A DNA stretch of 48,260 bases from a virus. Taxonomy: Duplodnaviria; Caudoviricetes. Below, piece by piece: positions 28,364-37,428 of this stretch (position 1 is the stretch's first letter; the number at the start of each line of letters is the position of its first letter). The notes below the pieces were generated by a model. The model was not told where the DNA came from, made no database searches, and was given only the letters and a program-made list of their open reading frames with translations. Both the position numbers and the translations under genes were made by a program. The stretch is taken from the IMG/VR virus record IMGVR_UViG_3300022891_000004, positions 1-48,260 of that record. The stretch is one strand, 5' to 3'.

Positions 28364-28588
28364 TTACTCTAACTCCCTCATCAGCGCGAACCTGCGCTGA
28401 TAGATCGAGCTAATCGACCGATTGATCATCACCGATAACTCAGCGTCCGGGCGTCGCTTGGCTCGCACCATCCGATCCTCGCGCTTAGTCCAACGTCGTT
28501 TCTTACCATTGCCTCTGTGTTTCATGGGATAGGAAGTTAGTGGATATCTCAGGTTTGTGCAAACTGATTTCTTAGGTTTTGATTCCAT
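28364..28588 (-). CDS. Small HTH/Myb-like protein
   Basis: RRWTKRED...ELSVMINRSISSIYQRR. Confidence 0.5.
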   Translation of the reverse strand: MESKPKKSVCTNLRYPLTSYPMKHRGNGKKRRWTKREDRMVRAKRRPDAELSVMINRSISSIYQRRFALMRELE

Positions 28589-28603
28589 TGCTGGTTTACG
28601 ATC

Positions 28604-28798
28604 TCAGCGGTGCTTGCGAAGGACTTCCTTATGCGCCACCAACTGCACTGCCTGTTCTTCAACCAGTTGGTAGGTGCCGACCACGCGCTTGTTATGATCA
28701 GCTAGTCCATCGGCTGATTCGTCAGCCAGCAGGAAGGATTCTTTGTCGTTGGGCTGCTGATCCCACGTTACGAATATCTGCTTTGGAAGTTTCTTCAT
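28604..28798 (-). CDS. Hypothetical protein
   Basis: SD GGAG; operon ORF. Confidence 0.6.
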   Translation of the reverse strand: MKKLPKQIFVTWDQQPNDKESFLLADESADGLADHNKRVVGTYQLVEEQAVQLVAHKEVLRKHR

Positions 28799-28837
28799 AT
28801 CTTTCTCCGATTGTTATTCGTTCTAGGTCACAGCGCC

Positions 28838-29056
28838 TCAGAACGGGATGTCGTCTGTTTCGGGCTCGTTGACTCGAAGGTCTGCGCGCTGCATGTTGTC
28901 GACGCGACGCACATGCGTTGCCTCCAAAACGATGAACGTGTCAGAAGGGTTCATGCGCGCAAGCCTCTCAGCCTCGCTGATAGCCAGGGCTTCAGACTCA
29001 TGCTTGTATCGAGGCGCATTGCCGTTGTGATTCCACACCATCCAAAACTGTTTCAC
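28838..29056 (-). CDS. Hypothetical protein with SSB-like DDIPF tail
   Basis: FWMVW...P...H.S...A..EAERLA; ends ETDDIPF. Confidence 0.7.
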   Translation of the reverse strand: MKQFWMVWNHNGNAPRYKHESEALAISEAERLARMNPSDTFIVLEATHVRRVDNMQRADLRVNEPETDDIPF

Positions 29057-29235
29057 CGACTCTCTCCCTTGCCCAACGCCGCACGCTCTCCCTCGACTAG
29101 CTTGAGAGCATTACGAATCCAAGGCAGGTCGCCGCTTGTAAGCTCATCAGACACGCCGCGTTTTGCGATGTCTTCCAGAATCACTTCGAGATTGCCCTCG
29201 ATATCAAGTAATTCCTCATCTGTAAATAGTTTCAT
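29053..29235 (-). CDS. Hypothetical protein
   Basis: Overlap-coupled operon ORF. Confidence 0.55.
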   Translation of the reverse strand: MKLFTDEELLDIEGNLEVILEDIAKRGVSDELTSGDLPWIRNALKLVEGERAALGKGESR

Positions 29236-29432
29236 CGCTCGTTCTCGCTTACCGCTTTCCGAACTTCGACGCCAACAAGATCGAACACCTCAAAGCCCAT
29301 TGGGCCACGCCCGCCACAAGTCAGCCTGTCCTCAAGCTCCGGAACTTCGAGATCAAGCGTCTGATACGACTCATTGAGATGGCCACCGGCATTCATGTCG
29401 CATTCGGTGCGTCGAACTATGAATCTAAGCAT
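29232..29432 (-). CDS. Hypothetical protein
   Basis: Overlap-coupled operon ORF. Confidence 0.55.
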   Translation of the reverse strand: MLRFIVRRTECDMNAGGHLNESYQTLDLEVPELEDRLTCGGRGPMGFEVFDLVGVEVRKAVSENER

Positions 29433-29637
29433 TGCGGCTCACCGGTATCCCATGCAACGGATGCACCTTCAACGGCTCACGCTTTTTGTAGCGCGTGAAC
29501 TCAGGGAGAGACGAGCACGACTGACACAGATGCCAGGGGCCGACGCGAATCGATGCCTGGTTCTCACAGTCACCTTCGTCCCTTGGGTCAAAGGCGGGGC
29601 ACTTATGCTTCGGGTTGTACTCACATAGCTGGATCAT
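29425..29637 (-). CDS. Cys-rich hypothetical protein
   Basis: Operon ORF with CQSC. Confidence 0.55.
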   Translation of the reverse strand: MIQLCEYNPKHKCPAFDPRDEGDCENQASIRVGPWHLCQSCSSLPEFTRYKKREPLKVHPLHGIPVSRNA

Positions 29638-29652
29638 TGCGCGTCCCCGTTC

Positions 29653-30846
29653 TCAGCCGTGCAAGTTATGCGAGCAGGATTGCCCGTGCGGTACGGCACC
29701 GCCGCACTCGGCGCATTCATAATGCGTTGCGTTGGAGCGTGGCGCGTCCGTTTTCTTCGCTGTGTGATCTGCCGTGCAGAACCTGCGCGGTATGCCGTGT
29801 TCACAGTTTTCATTACGCATGCCTTTGGCGTAACGCTCTGCGTCATCGTGTAATTTGCAGGCTTTACAGGTTCCGTCAGTATTCCCGTGTTCGCAGGCAT
29901 CAAGAGCCGCTGGCGTTTTCGCCTGTAGTCGCTCCAACAAAAGCGCGATGAACTTCTTTGTCGTGAAGCACGGGAACGTCACGTCATACGGCCCCTGTTC
30001 GTAGAACATTGCCTTCCATTGATATTCGCTAAATCCTGCATCCTGCGCTGCCGTAACTAGCAGGTCCTGAGGATCGTCGGGTAAGCGAAGCGCTGGCGTC
30101 TCGGACGAGAGCTTACTTTCAAGCTCTGTGATCTTCCTAAGCGCATAGGCATTCACGGCGTCGGCCGATTCAAGCGCATTGGCGGCCTCATGCCCTATGT
30201 CCGCATCGTCCTCACGGGACCAATGACGTAGGCGCTCGACGAGAAGGTGCGTTGAGGTAAGAGTGGGCGTCTCGACAGGTAGTACGCGGGCGCGTAGTTG
30301 CTCGATTTCCGCAGCCCCGCCGCGCAACGCCTGTTGCAATTGACCAAGGTGAACTGGCTTCTTTGGAAGCTCGTCGGCCAATTCGCGCAGGCTTCGTGCG
30401 CCATCCTTTGAGGAAAGGGGTGGCGTCTCGACAGCGTGTTGATCCGCTACCGCCTGGGCGTACCCATTCAACCAAGCACAATCCGACTGTTCCGTTGGCT
30501 CGCGTTTGAACTTTGCGACGAATGCATTTCCCGCTCGCACTCCAGGACTCTGTTTTGAGGTCCGCGGTGCTATCAGGCCATCCCGCTCAAGAGCACGGCG
30601 ACAATTTTTGTCGCATCCGCTATCACAGATGCCGAGCCCATCGGGGCATATGCCACACTGATCTAAGGAGCGGTTGCGTTTTTGCGCAGCAAGTTGTCCG
30701 ACGATGTCGCAGAGACTCGCTTGCTTTGCAGCTCCAGCCTCACCGTTCAACAGCACATCCAATTCCCGCACGAGCCTGCGATGATCCGCTAGCACTTCCT
30801 CATAGTCGGCGGCGGTAAGCTGTTCTGATGTCCGCGAGTCAACCAT
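29653..30846 (-). CDS. Mosaic multi-module hypothetical protein (ead/Ea22-like region)
   Basis: DYEEVLADHRRLVRELDVLLNG..GAAKQASLCDIV module; repeated VETP/ETPA linkers; Cys/His clusters. Confidence 0.6.
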   Translation of the reverse strand: MVDSRTSEQLTAADYEEVLADHRRLVRELDVLLNGEAGAAKQASLCDIVGQLAAQKRNRSLDQCGICPDGLGICDSGCDKNCRRALERDGLIAPRTSKQSPGVRAGNAFVAKFKREPTEQSDCAWLNGYAQAVADQHAVETPPLSSKDGARSLRELADELPKKPVHLGQLQQALRGGAAEIEQLRARVLPVETPTLTSTHLLVERLRHWSREDDADIGHEAANALESADAVNAYALRKITELESKLSSETPALRLPDDPQDLLVTAAQDAGFSEYQWKAMFYEQGPYDVTFPCFTTKKFIALLLERLQAKTPAALDACEHGNTDGTCKACKLHDDAERYAKGMRNENCEHGIPRRFCTADHTAKKTDAPRSNATHYECAECGGAVPHGQSCSHNLHG

Positions 30847-31033
30847 GGCCGTGCCCTTCGTATTGTTTGCGTAGCGCCACGAGTTCAGATTCCAGGGTTT
30901 CGGTTTTTCGCGCTAGCTTCTCGCATACGTAGTAGAGGTCGATCATCGTTTGCGCGCCAGTTAGGCCGGGGCTTTCAGAGTAAAAGTGCGCAGCCTCTGC
31001 ACAATGCTCTGAGAGCTTCTTTTCTGCGGTCAT
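30839..31033 (-). CDS. Hypothetical protein
   Basis: Operon ORF. Confidence 0.55.
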   Translation of the reverse strand: MTAEKKLSEHCAEAAHFYSESPGLTGAQTMIDLYYVCEKLARKTETLESELVALRKQYEGHGHG

Positions 31034-31359
31034 AGAGTCTTCTCCAACTCAGAAAGCACGTCCTTTAAGCGCGCATGTAGATTTTGGAATTTTGCACGCA
31101 TCACCGCACTATCCTCATCTGGGACGGCCCAATACCAAACCTCGTCGCGCAGCATCACGCCTTCAGCGTGAGGATGTGGCTTTGCCTCAGATGGCGCGTA
31201 TTCCCACCATTCTCGGCTTGCTGTTACTACTGTCGTGCAGCAATCATTGAACTGTGCCCGTTCCGGAAGTGGCCAACTCCATCGGCCAGATGATTCGATG
31301 TATTCCGGTTGAGGGCTGACCCGGATGAGTCGCTTTTCAGTAGTCTTCTGCTCACTCAT
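31030..31359 (-). CDS. Hypothetical protein
   Basis: Start MSEQKT at an ATGA overlap. Confidence 0.55.
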   Translation of the reverse strand: MSEQKTTEKRLIRVSPQPEYIESSGRWSWPLPERAQFNDCCTTVVTASREWWEYAPSEAKPHPHAEGVMLRDEVWYWAVPDEDSAVMRAKFQNLHARLKDVLSELEKTL

Positions 31360-31571
31360 GGTGCGATACCCGTATCCCATTTGTCTGTTTCGTCAACGCC
31401 TTCGGATTCCCAGCGTAGTACCCAAAACCCGTATTCCTCAGAGCCAAGAAGCTTGCGAAGCATCTGGTCGATGACCCATTGCTTATGATGGGCTCCATCT
31501 ATACCCGCATACTGAAACGCGAGATCGGTCGCATCTGAAATTCTCTCATCCGCAGTTCGCTGCTCGCTCAT
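31356..31571 (-). CDS. Conserved phage hypothetical protein
   Basis: YAGIDGAHHKQWVIDQMLR...WDTGIAP motif. Confidence 0.7.
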   Translation of the reverse strand: MSEQRTADERISDATDLAFQYAGIDGAHHKQWVIDQMLRKLLGSEEYGFWVLRWESEGVDETDKWDTGIAP

Positions 31572-31807
31572 GGCGCGTATTCCCTCATCTTCATCCAATA
31601 TTCTTCTGTTCTGCATGGCTCTTTGGCCTTCAATACCAACTCCAACTGACTATGCACGTTGTGCAATCGATAGATCCTCTTAACGTGGCTCTTCACGGTA
31701 TGAGGGGACAGGTTCAGCTCTTGGGCCGCTTCTGGTATGGTCAGGCCTCTAAGCAGAAGCGGGAGGATCTTCGCCTCACCCTTTGTGAGCGTTTTTCTTG
31801 TGTTCAA
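31568..31807 (-). CDS. LuxR/GerE-type HTH regulator (stand-alone)
   Basis: LTKGEAKILPLLLRGLTIPEAAQELNLSPHTVKSHVKRIYRLHNVHSQLELV. Confidence 0.85.
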   Translation of the reverse strand: MNTRKTLTKGEAKILPLLLRGLTIPEAAQELNLSPHTVKSHVKRIYRLHNVHSQLELVLKAKEPCRTEEYWMKMREYAP

Positions 31808-32015
31808 TCGACTTGCCCTTTGCTTGTGCTACTGCGATCAGCATGTCGGCCAGCGCCTCGCCTACCTCTAAGCGCGTATGGTTCGTAGCCAATGCGATCT
31901 CATCAACCGTCATGTGATCTCGACAGGCCAGCACTAACGCCGCTCGCTTGAGTGGGGTTGCCGTCCATACGATCTTGCATAACCAGTGATCCGCTATGTG
32001 TCTGCGCCTGCTCAT
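31776..32015 (-). CDS. Hypothetical HTH (sigma region 4-like) protein
   Basis: RAALVL...HMTVDEIALATNHTRLEV. Confidence 0.45.
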   Translation of the reverse strand: MSRRRHIADHWLCKIVWTATPLKRAALVLACRDHMTVDEIALATNHTRLEVGEALADMLIAVAQAKGKSIEHKKNAHKG

Positions 32016-32154
32016 GCGTGTCCCTCGGTGGTCATGATGATTCCCTCGAGATCACGTTCGTGATCGTGCTCGAACAAGCAGATCAAGCACTCCTTCTCGT
32101 CACTGTGCTCACATATGCTGAGCGTTCCCCATTCGATATATTTGATGATTGGAT

Positions 32155-32445
32155 TTAGCATTTCACATGTCCTTGTTCAGCCAGCCTAAGAATGGTCAGG
32201 AGCACGAGGTGAAGAAACTCTTCGCTGTGCTCCCACTTCATATCCTTGTCACGGGATAGCGTGTCCATGTCGCGATGACAGTGACCGCATAGATGAGCAC
32301 CTGCTAGATCGGCGACTTTTATCCCATAGCCTCCGCCATAAGCGAGTCGCCTGGGTCCGGTGTAGTGGGCCAGCACGACGGTCTCATCGCGCTTGCCGCA
32401 ACGCACGCAGGATTGATCACGCGCGAGGTTTCTTAGCTTGCTCAT
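32155..32445 (-). CDS. DUF1364/YbcO-like putative nuclease
   Basis: SKLRNLARDQSC..C...ETVVLAH...GIKVADL.GAHLC..CH. Confidence 0.8.
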   Translation of the reverse strand: MSKLRNLARDQSCVRCGKRDETVVLAHYTGPRRLAYGGGYGIKVADLAGAHLCGHCHRDMDTLSRDKDMKWEHSEEFLHLVLLTILRLAEQGHVKC

Positions 32446-32855
32446 GTGCTGGGGTCCGGAATCAGCACGTTGTGCGTTGCCCAATATCGTTGGAGATAAT
32501 CCACGTAGTCCATGAACTCGAGCGTTGTCAGCTTCGATGAGCGGCGCCGCGGGAAGACCATGCGCGTACCTAGAATGTCTTTCTCCACGGACCCGAAATA
32601 TTCACACAGACAGAACTCGTGGCATTCATCGGGATTCTCGAACAGCCCCAACATGCCGTTCATGATTGCGGGATAGCACACCCCCCACAGATATGCGTTC
32701 TGATCCAGTGAGCGCTTCTTGATGCGCCGCTTGATCGTGATCTCCCAGCCGACCGCATCCCCTAGCGCCTCGATATGCCGAACGATTCGCGACAAGGTCC
32801 GCGCCTTGTTCTCACGCGGCGCCAGATAGAACGTGGTGGTGGGCTCGCGGCTCAT
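32442..32855 (-). CDS. ninB: NinB-like recombination protein
   Basis: KRSLDQNAYLWG...RSSKLTTLEFMDYVDYL. Confidence 0.8.
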   Translation of the reverse strand: MSREPTTTFYLAPRENKARTLSRIVRHIEALGDAVGWEITIKRRIKKRSLDQNAYLWGVCYPAIMNGMLGLFENPDECHEFCLCEYFGSVEKDILGTRMVFPRRRSSKLTTLEFMDYVDYLQRYWATHNVLIPDPST

Positions 32856-33043
32856 GTCTCGTGTCTTCTTGCGCCATCGATATAGCCCTCGAGCATCGCT
32901 GCCAAAATCAGAGCCATGATCAGCCAGTATTTCCATGTAGTCATGCCAATGCCCGCTGAAGACAGCACAGCGCCCAGAGTCAAGAAAATCACGCCCTGAA
33001 TGGCGCAACGCATAAATAATCGCTTTGTAAATATTCTGTTCAT
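32852..33043 (-). CDS. Small 2-TM membrane protein
   Basis: Two hydrophobic segments. Confidence 0.55.
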   Translation of the reverse strand: MNRIFTKRLFMRCAIQGVIFLTLGAVLSSAGIGMTTWKYWLIMALILAAMLEGYIDGARRHET

Positions 33044-33046
33044 GGT

Positions 33047-33202
33047 CTATGCCTTTCGATCGACCTGAGACAATCGCCATATCGTCTTCTGACTCACCCC
33101 GAGCCAATAGGCGAGCTGGCGAGTGGAGCGGCGCTTTAGCATCTCGGGAATCGCTTTGCGCTGCTCTTCGCTCAGCTTGAATTTGCGTTTGCGCTTGTTC
33201 AT
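33047..33202 (-). CDS. Small HTH protein (51 aa)
   Basis: KLSEEQRKAIPEMLKRRSTRQLAYWLGVSQKTIWR; read manually. Confidence 0.6.
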   Translation of the reverse strand: MNKRKRKFKLSEEQRKAIPEMLKRRSTRQLAYWLGVSQKTIWRLSQVDRKA

Positions 33203-33804
33203 GCGGCAGCCCTCGAGGGGTCTATCTTGCCGATGAGCTGCATCATCTCATCGTTAAACGCATCGACCTCGCTGGCGAGCTTCTTGATATAGATCTCGTC
33301 CCGATAGACGCGCTTTATGAACAGGGGGAGCTTCGGCCAGTACGAGCAGAAATCTATCCACTCGCGATTAGCGACCCAGAGATTCCCTTGGCACTGCGCG
33401 GCGTGCTCAGGCGGGAGACGATCCGCAAGCAGTACCTCGAGCTGAATATGGGCGAGCTTGGTTTTAATCTCCGTCATGCCGGCCGTGCCGATGAGGCCGT
33501 CCGGGCTGCACCCTTTATTGCCATCTCGAATGAACCCAACCTGCTCCGGCTCAACGTCCGTCATGAACGTGTACAGCGCGCGCGCCTCGGCTTCCATGAC
33601 CTGACCGCGCTCGATGTGGGTATTCGAGTAGCTGTCAGACGGATCGCCCGTCAGGCGCTCTCCTATGAGCTTTAGCAGGTAGGTTCTACGGGTCTTGCCC
33701 TCGCCCTTCGCCATCACGGTCGCAAAGTTGCTCGCGGTGGGGATCCCTAGCCGACAGGCGAACCATTCCGGGCTTCCCTGCTCACAGTTGAATATCTCAA
33801 TCAT
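33199..33804 (-). CDS. exo: YqaJ/lambda-exonuclease family
   Basis: QGSPEWFACRLGIPTAS...GCSPDGLI...EIK...QCQGNLWV. Confidence 0.92.
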   Translation of the reverse strand: MIEIFNCEQGSPEWFACRLGIPTASNFATVMAKGEGKTRRTYLLKLIGERLTGDPSDSYSNTHIERGQVMEAEARALYTFMTDVEPEQVGFIRDGNKGCSPDGLIGTAGMTEIKTKLAHIQLEVLLADRLPPEHAAQCQGNLWVANREWIDFCSYWPKLPLFIKRVYRDEIYIKKLASEVDAFNDEMMQLIGKIDPSRAAA

Positions 33805-34529
33805 GAGCGCTTCCTCTTGGCCTCAATCGTGCGGATGACCTCGGAGTAGTTCTTCGCAAGGATCTGATCCAGCGAATCGATGCGGGCCCATTTCATGAAG
33901 GCCTTCTGGTCGGCCTTGACCTCGGTGAGCAGCGCTTTGATATCGGCGACCTGCTCCGGGGATATCGTATCGGCTTGACCATTGCCGTCGTTATCATCGT
34001 TGGTCAGCGTGATGTTGAAGATCAGTAAAGTCAGGTAACGACGCCCGTAGCTCATCGATGAGCCGAAGCCGTGCATAGTCGTCTTGTTGACGTTGCCTTT
34101 TAGGCCAGTCATGTCAATAGGTACATCCACCTGATACGGGCGCGAGTGACCGGCGACATGCGACACCAAGCATGTGATGCGGAAGTAGTCCTTGAGGGGA
34201 CAGTCTGCGGTACCAAAGGACAGGGAGAAGCCGTTCTCCGTATACACGGGGATGACCTTCTCATTGACACTTTCAAGATCCGCATACCTTGATTGCGTCG
34301 ACTCGTTTGGCTTATTGCGGAAAATCTTTGGAAGCTCCTTCTGAGTGGCCTTCATTGCGGTATTGAAGGCCATCTCTGCGTTACGAGCGGCTATTCGCTC
34401 ATACATCTCGAGAAGCTTCTCCGTCTTTGCAACATCAATGCTCGGATCACTCGCCGCTCGGCTAATGATGTCGAGGATGTTGGAGGGCTCCGGCATTCCT
34501 GGTAGCGTTTGCTGTACGACTGCGCTCAT
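33801..34529 (-). CDS. erf: ERF-family ssDNA annealing protein
   Basis: RYADLE...GSSMSYGRRY.....FNI...DDNDG. Confidence 0.9.
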   Translation of the reverse strand: MSAVVQQTLPGMPEPSNILDIISRAASDPSIDVAKTEKLLEMYERIAARNAEMAFNTAMKATQKELPKIFRNKPNESTQSRYADLESVNEKVIPVYTENGFSLSFGTADCPLKDYFRITCLVSHVAGHSRPYQVDVPIDMTGLKGNVNKTTMHGFGSSMSYGRRYLTLLIFNITLTNDDNDGNGQADTISPEQVADIKALLTEVKADQKAFMKWARIDSLDQILAKNYSEVIRTIEAKRKRS

Positions 34530-34670
34530 TTAGATCTCTCCGAATCGTGGTATGCCGGCATCATCAGCGGCCAGGTCCTGCCAGTCCTTAGGAACTGGCT
34601 CCGCGCCATACTTATGACGCAGTTCCTCTATTCGCTCAGCGTCATAAGAGAGAGGGTGTTCTTTGTTCAT
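34530..34670 (-). CDS. Hypothetical protein (46 aa)
   Basis: Fills the operon gap; read manually. Confidence 0.45.
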   Translation of the reverse strand: MNKEHPLSYDAERIEELRHKYGAEPVPKDWQDLAADDAGIPRFGEI

Positions 34671-34828
34671 GGTATATAGTTCCGCTTGCAGTTCTCTGAT
34701 GGCGGATCAATTCCGCGCTGTCTCTTGCGCTTATAGCAATCGCGGTAGGCAAGAGCGACCAGTACAAACCAGCCCATCGTCAGGCCACCGACAATCAGCA
34801 CCTTCGCGTTGTACAAAAACTCGCTCAT
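34667..34828 (-). CDS. Small membrane protein
   Basis: VLIVGGLTMGWFVLVALAY. Confidence 0.5.
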   Translation of the reverse strand: MSEFLYNAKVLIVGGLTMGWFVLVALAYRDCYKRKRQRGIDPPSENCKRNYIP

Positions 34829-35031
34829 GACGGCCAAAACCCATATTCCGCGTGGAAGTCCTGCCGCAGTTTCCGAATGAACTTTCGGTATGCTGTGTTC
34901 CTCAAGATCACGCGTCTTAGTTCCCATCCGTCATCCTTCCCGTACACCTTAAACACCATGCGGCCGGCGATGACGTTCAGTTTATCCGCGTGGTCGAGTG
35001 CATCGGCGAGGTCTGCGTATTCGTATTTCAT
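34825..35031 (-). CDS. Hypothetical protein
   Basis: Start MKYEY at an ATGA overlap. Confidence 0.5.
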   Translation of the reverse strand: MKYEYADLADALDHADKLNVIAGRMVFKVYGKDDGWELRRVILRNTAYRKFIRKLRQDFHAEYGFWPS

Positions 35032-35228
35032 GGCTCTTTTCCCCAGGATTCGACTCGGATCAGCAGCTCTGTAATGTATCGGCACTCAGCTAATCGCGCG
35101 CTCAGATATTCGCGATTGCCACCGTTCTTGATCTCGTTATCAAACCAATCAGATCTTTCCTTCAATTTCAAAATAAGCAGGCCCACCTGCGCACGCAATC
35201 CGCCTGTTCCTTGTGGGGCTGTGCTCAT
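35028..35228 (-). CDS. Hypothetical protein
   Basis: Flanked by 18-nt junction repeats. Confidence 0.5.
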   Translation of the reverse strand: MSTAPQGTGGLRAQVGLLILKLKERSDWFDNEIKNGGNREYLSARLAECRYITELLIRVESWGKEP

Positions 35229-35653
35229 GGCTGTTTTCCCCACTCTTCCTGAGCTTTCTCTGATTTCTCATCGAGATAAGTTGCTGTCGCGCCGCAGTTC
35301 GGACACATCCATAAAACGTCAGGTGACTGCATCTGGTCGATGTATTGTTCTCTGCTCAGCGCGACAGTACCGCAGCTATGGTCCCCGATATAGCCAACTA
35401 CGTTAAAGCCAACTCCGTGGCAGAACACGAAAGCGTAAGGATTCGTTTCATCCGATAGCCGCTCTCGTCGCTTGCGTAGGTATGTAAGAGCAGCCATGTC
35501 ACACGCCTCGGCCAAACTTGGTTGGAAATTAAGGCATGCCTCGCAAGTGACCATGCTCCTATCAATGACCGACGATCCGCGTGGTGAGTTACACGCTATG
35601 GCTCCGCCATTGTTCCAATGGATTAAAGCGCGCTTGGTGTGTCCGGTGCTCAT
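35225..35653 (-). CDS. Zn-finger-containing hypothetical protein
   Basis: CEAC and WMCPNCG motifs. Confidence 0.55.
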   Translation of the reverse strand: MSTGHTKRALIHWNNGGAIACNSPRGSSVIDRSMVTCEACLNFQPSLAEACDMAALTYLRKRRERLSDETNPYAFVFCHGVGFNVVGYIGDHSCGTVALSREQYIDQMQSPDVLWMCPNCGATATYLDEKSEKAQEEWGKQP

Positions 35654-35943
35654 GACTGACGCCCCTCTAGCCACGCGCTTACCTTCTCGCGTGACCCGTG
35701 ACAGACGGCTGGCGCGTAGTTATAGAGGAACGTGCCGTAAGCTTTCAGGCAGTTGATATTGGTGTCGTCTGCTGTACCGAGCGCTCTCATCAAATCGTTC
35801 TCGAGCACAGCCATCAGGAAGTCCCCTGGCGCTATGCGATCAACTAGGTATCTCGTAAGGCCCGGGATCATGTATACAGGGATCTCGCATTTCTGAGCGC
35901 GTAGGGCGTAATACTTTATGAAGTCCTCGTGTTCGGTGCTCAT
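35650..35943 (-). CDS. Conserved phage hypothetical protein
   Basis: GLTRYL....PGDFLMAVLENDL..A...AD..N...GS.E.V..W. Confidence 0.7.
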   Translation of the reverse strand: MSTEHEDFIKYYALRAQKCEIPVYMIPGLTRYLVDRIAPGDFLMAVLENDLMRALGTADDTNINCLKAYGTFLYNYAPAVCHGSREKVSAWLEGRQS

Positions 35944-36170
35944 GGTGGTGGCAACTCCGCTTCTGCTTTATCCGCCCATAGAAGCGCGGTTTCTAGCTGT
36001 GTGATCGCTACAGACATGGCGCGGGATGCGTCTGGATAGCCAAACGTCGTGAACAGCTCCCTCACAGTGCACAGATCAGACAGCGCTCGAATCATGTCAA
36101 CGCGCGCGCAGTTGAGTAGAAAACGTGAGTTAGTTTCTTCCACGTTGGGTTGTTCTATATCGTTGTTCAT
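35940..36170 (-). CDS. Hypothetical protein
   Basis: SRAMSVAITQLETALLWADKA; SD GAGG. Confidence 0.55.
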   Translation of the reverse strand: MNNDIEQPNVEETNSRFLLNCARVDMIRALSDLCTVRELFTTFGYPDASRAMSVAITQLETALLWADKAEAELPPP

Positions 36171-36179
36171 GATTTTCCC

Positions 36180-36500
36180 TCAGCTTTTTTGGAGCAGATG
36201 CTGACCACAAACAGGATTGCCGTCAGCATCCTTATATCTCGCATTACGGCTACATCTCATATCAGATGTGTTCATGCCCATCGATCGCTTCAAGATAACC
36301 GTACATCGTTTATTTGTATCTACAGCGCTAGCCTCTGTTTTTATCGCGCACATTCGAATGTCCTCACGCGCCGCGTCGAGCCTGATCTTGGTGTGATGAG
36401 CAACCGATGCCAGAAGCTCGACCCACTGTTCAAGTGGAAGAGACTTTCCGATCTCGTCGATGTTTCTCATGATCTTCGCGGTGTCTAATCCGATGCTCAT
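36180..36500 (-). CDS. Hypothetical protein with C-terminal Zn-binding motif
   Basis: RC...RCSR...VCGQH. Confidence 0.5.
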   Translation of the reverse strand: MSIGLDTAKIMRNIDEIGKSLPLEQWVELLASVAHHTKIRLDAAREDIRMCAIKTEASAVDTNKRCTVILKRSMGMNTSDMRCSRNARYKDADGNPVCGQHLLQKS

Positions 36501-36699
36501 TGGGCACCTGCCTTTGATAGCACTTCCGAGCACGCATCAAATGTGTCGCATAGAGATTTCCATACGATCGGATTCAAATATGGGTAATCAGTTTTATCCA
36601 GGGCAGACATCATCACTTCAATAGCCGAGAGAGCGTTTATTAACTCAGCTTTTAGATCAGGAGCGGCATCTCCTGCGTTCTTTGTCTGGGGTGAGAATG

Positions 36700-36981
36700 T
36701 CACGGCTGTTCTCCTTCCTTGAAGAAGGAACGACAGACCGGGCATTGCAGTTTTGTCTCAGAATCCTTTGCCAACTCTGCGAGCAGAAAGTTCGCCAATT
36801 TGACAGCGGCCCTTGCGACACCTGCGTCCACTGCATTTAGGCCAGGATCAGCAGCAAACCCAGCCATAATCTTGATGGCTGCGTACTCGAGCTTTGTGAG
36901 TCCTTGTGTTCCATAAAGAATCTCGCCGTTAGGAGTGACGAAAGATGGGCTTGGAAACGCGTCTTCTTTTTGAATGCTCAT
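36700..36981 (-). CDS. Conserved phage hypothetical protein
   Basis: AFP...GLTKLEYAAIKIM.G...AVKLANFLLAEL. Confidence 0.7.
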   Translation of the reverse strand: MSIQKEDAFPSPSFVTPNGEILYGTQGLTKLEYAAIKIMAGFAADPGLNAVDAGVARAAVKLANFLLAELAKDSETKLQCPVCRSFFKEGEQP

Positions 36982-36986
36982 CTCAC

Positions 36987-37268
36987 TCACCACAAGTCAT
37001 TGCCGTTTTGGATCCGATCCATCTCACGCGCTTTCTGCATGCGCTCGAGGTAGTTGCTTCCGAAAAACAAAGCGGCGCAGATGAGCATCAACACCCCAAA
37101 TCCAATAGCGATGAAGATCGCCGTGAGACGCCTCATACCGATTTCACCGTGTACAAAAGCATCACCGAATCCGAACACCTCAACGAGTACGCACGTTATG
37201 ACGCCCGTAATGATTCCAATTGACAGGCCGATTGCCGTCGGCTCAGGTTTATTCGTATTCATGTTCAT
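36987..37268 (-). CDS. 2-TM membrane protein
   Basis: Two hydrophobic helices. Confidence 0.5.
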   Translation of the reverse strand: MNMNTNKPEPTAIGLSIGIITGVITCVLVEVFGFGDAFVHGEIGMRRLTAIFIAIGFGVLMLICAALFFGSNYLERMQKAREMDRIQNGNDLW

Positions 37269-37423
37269 GTGTGTCCGATGTTGGAGACGGGGTTTAAAAG
37301 GTCGGCGCGATCTTCAGTCTTTGGAACCAAGTAGCTCACCAGGCGCTCATTGCCCTTCATCAGCAGTCGCTGAAACTCCAGCGCTGTGAGGGTGTCCGCG
37401 AATTCCTGTTCGACTTTGTCCAT
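37265..37423 (-). CDS. Hypothetical protein (52 aa)
   Basis: MDKVEQEFADTLTALEFQRLL...; read manually. Confidence 0.5.
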   Translation of the reverse strand: MDKVEQEFADTLTALEFQRLLMKGNERLVSYLVPKTEDRADLLNPVSNIGHT

Positions 37424-37428
37424 TGTTT

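Noticed and set aside
32856-33107. N-terminal extension of the 221-aa NinB ORF
   Set aside because: Overlaps two better-supported small genes; NinB more plausibly starts at the ATGA overlap at 32855
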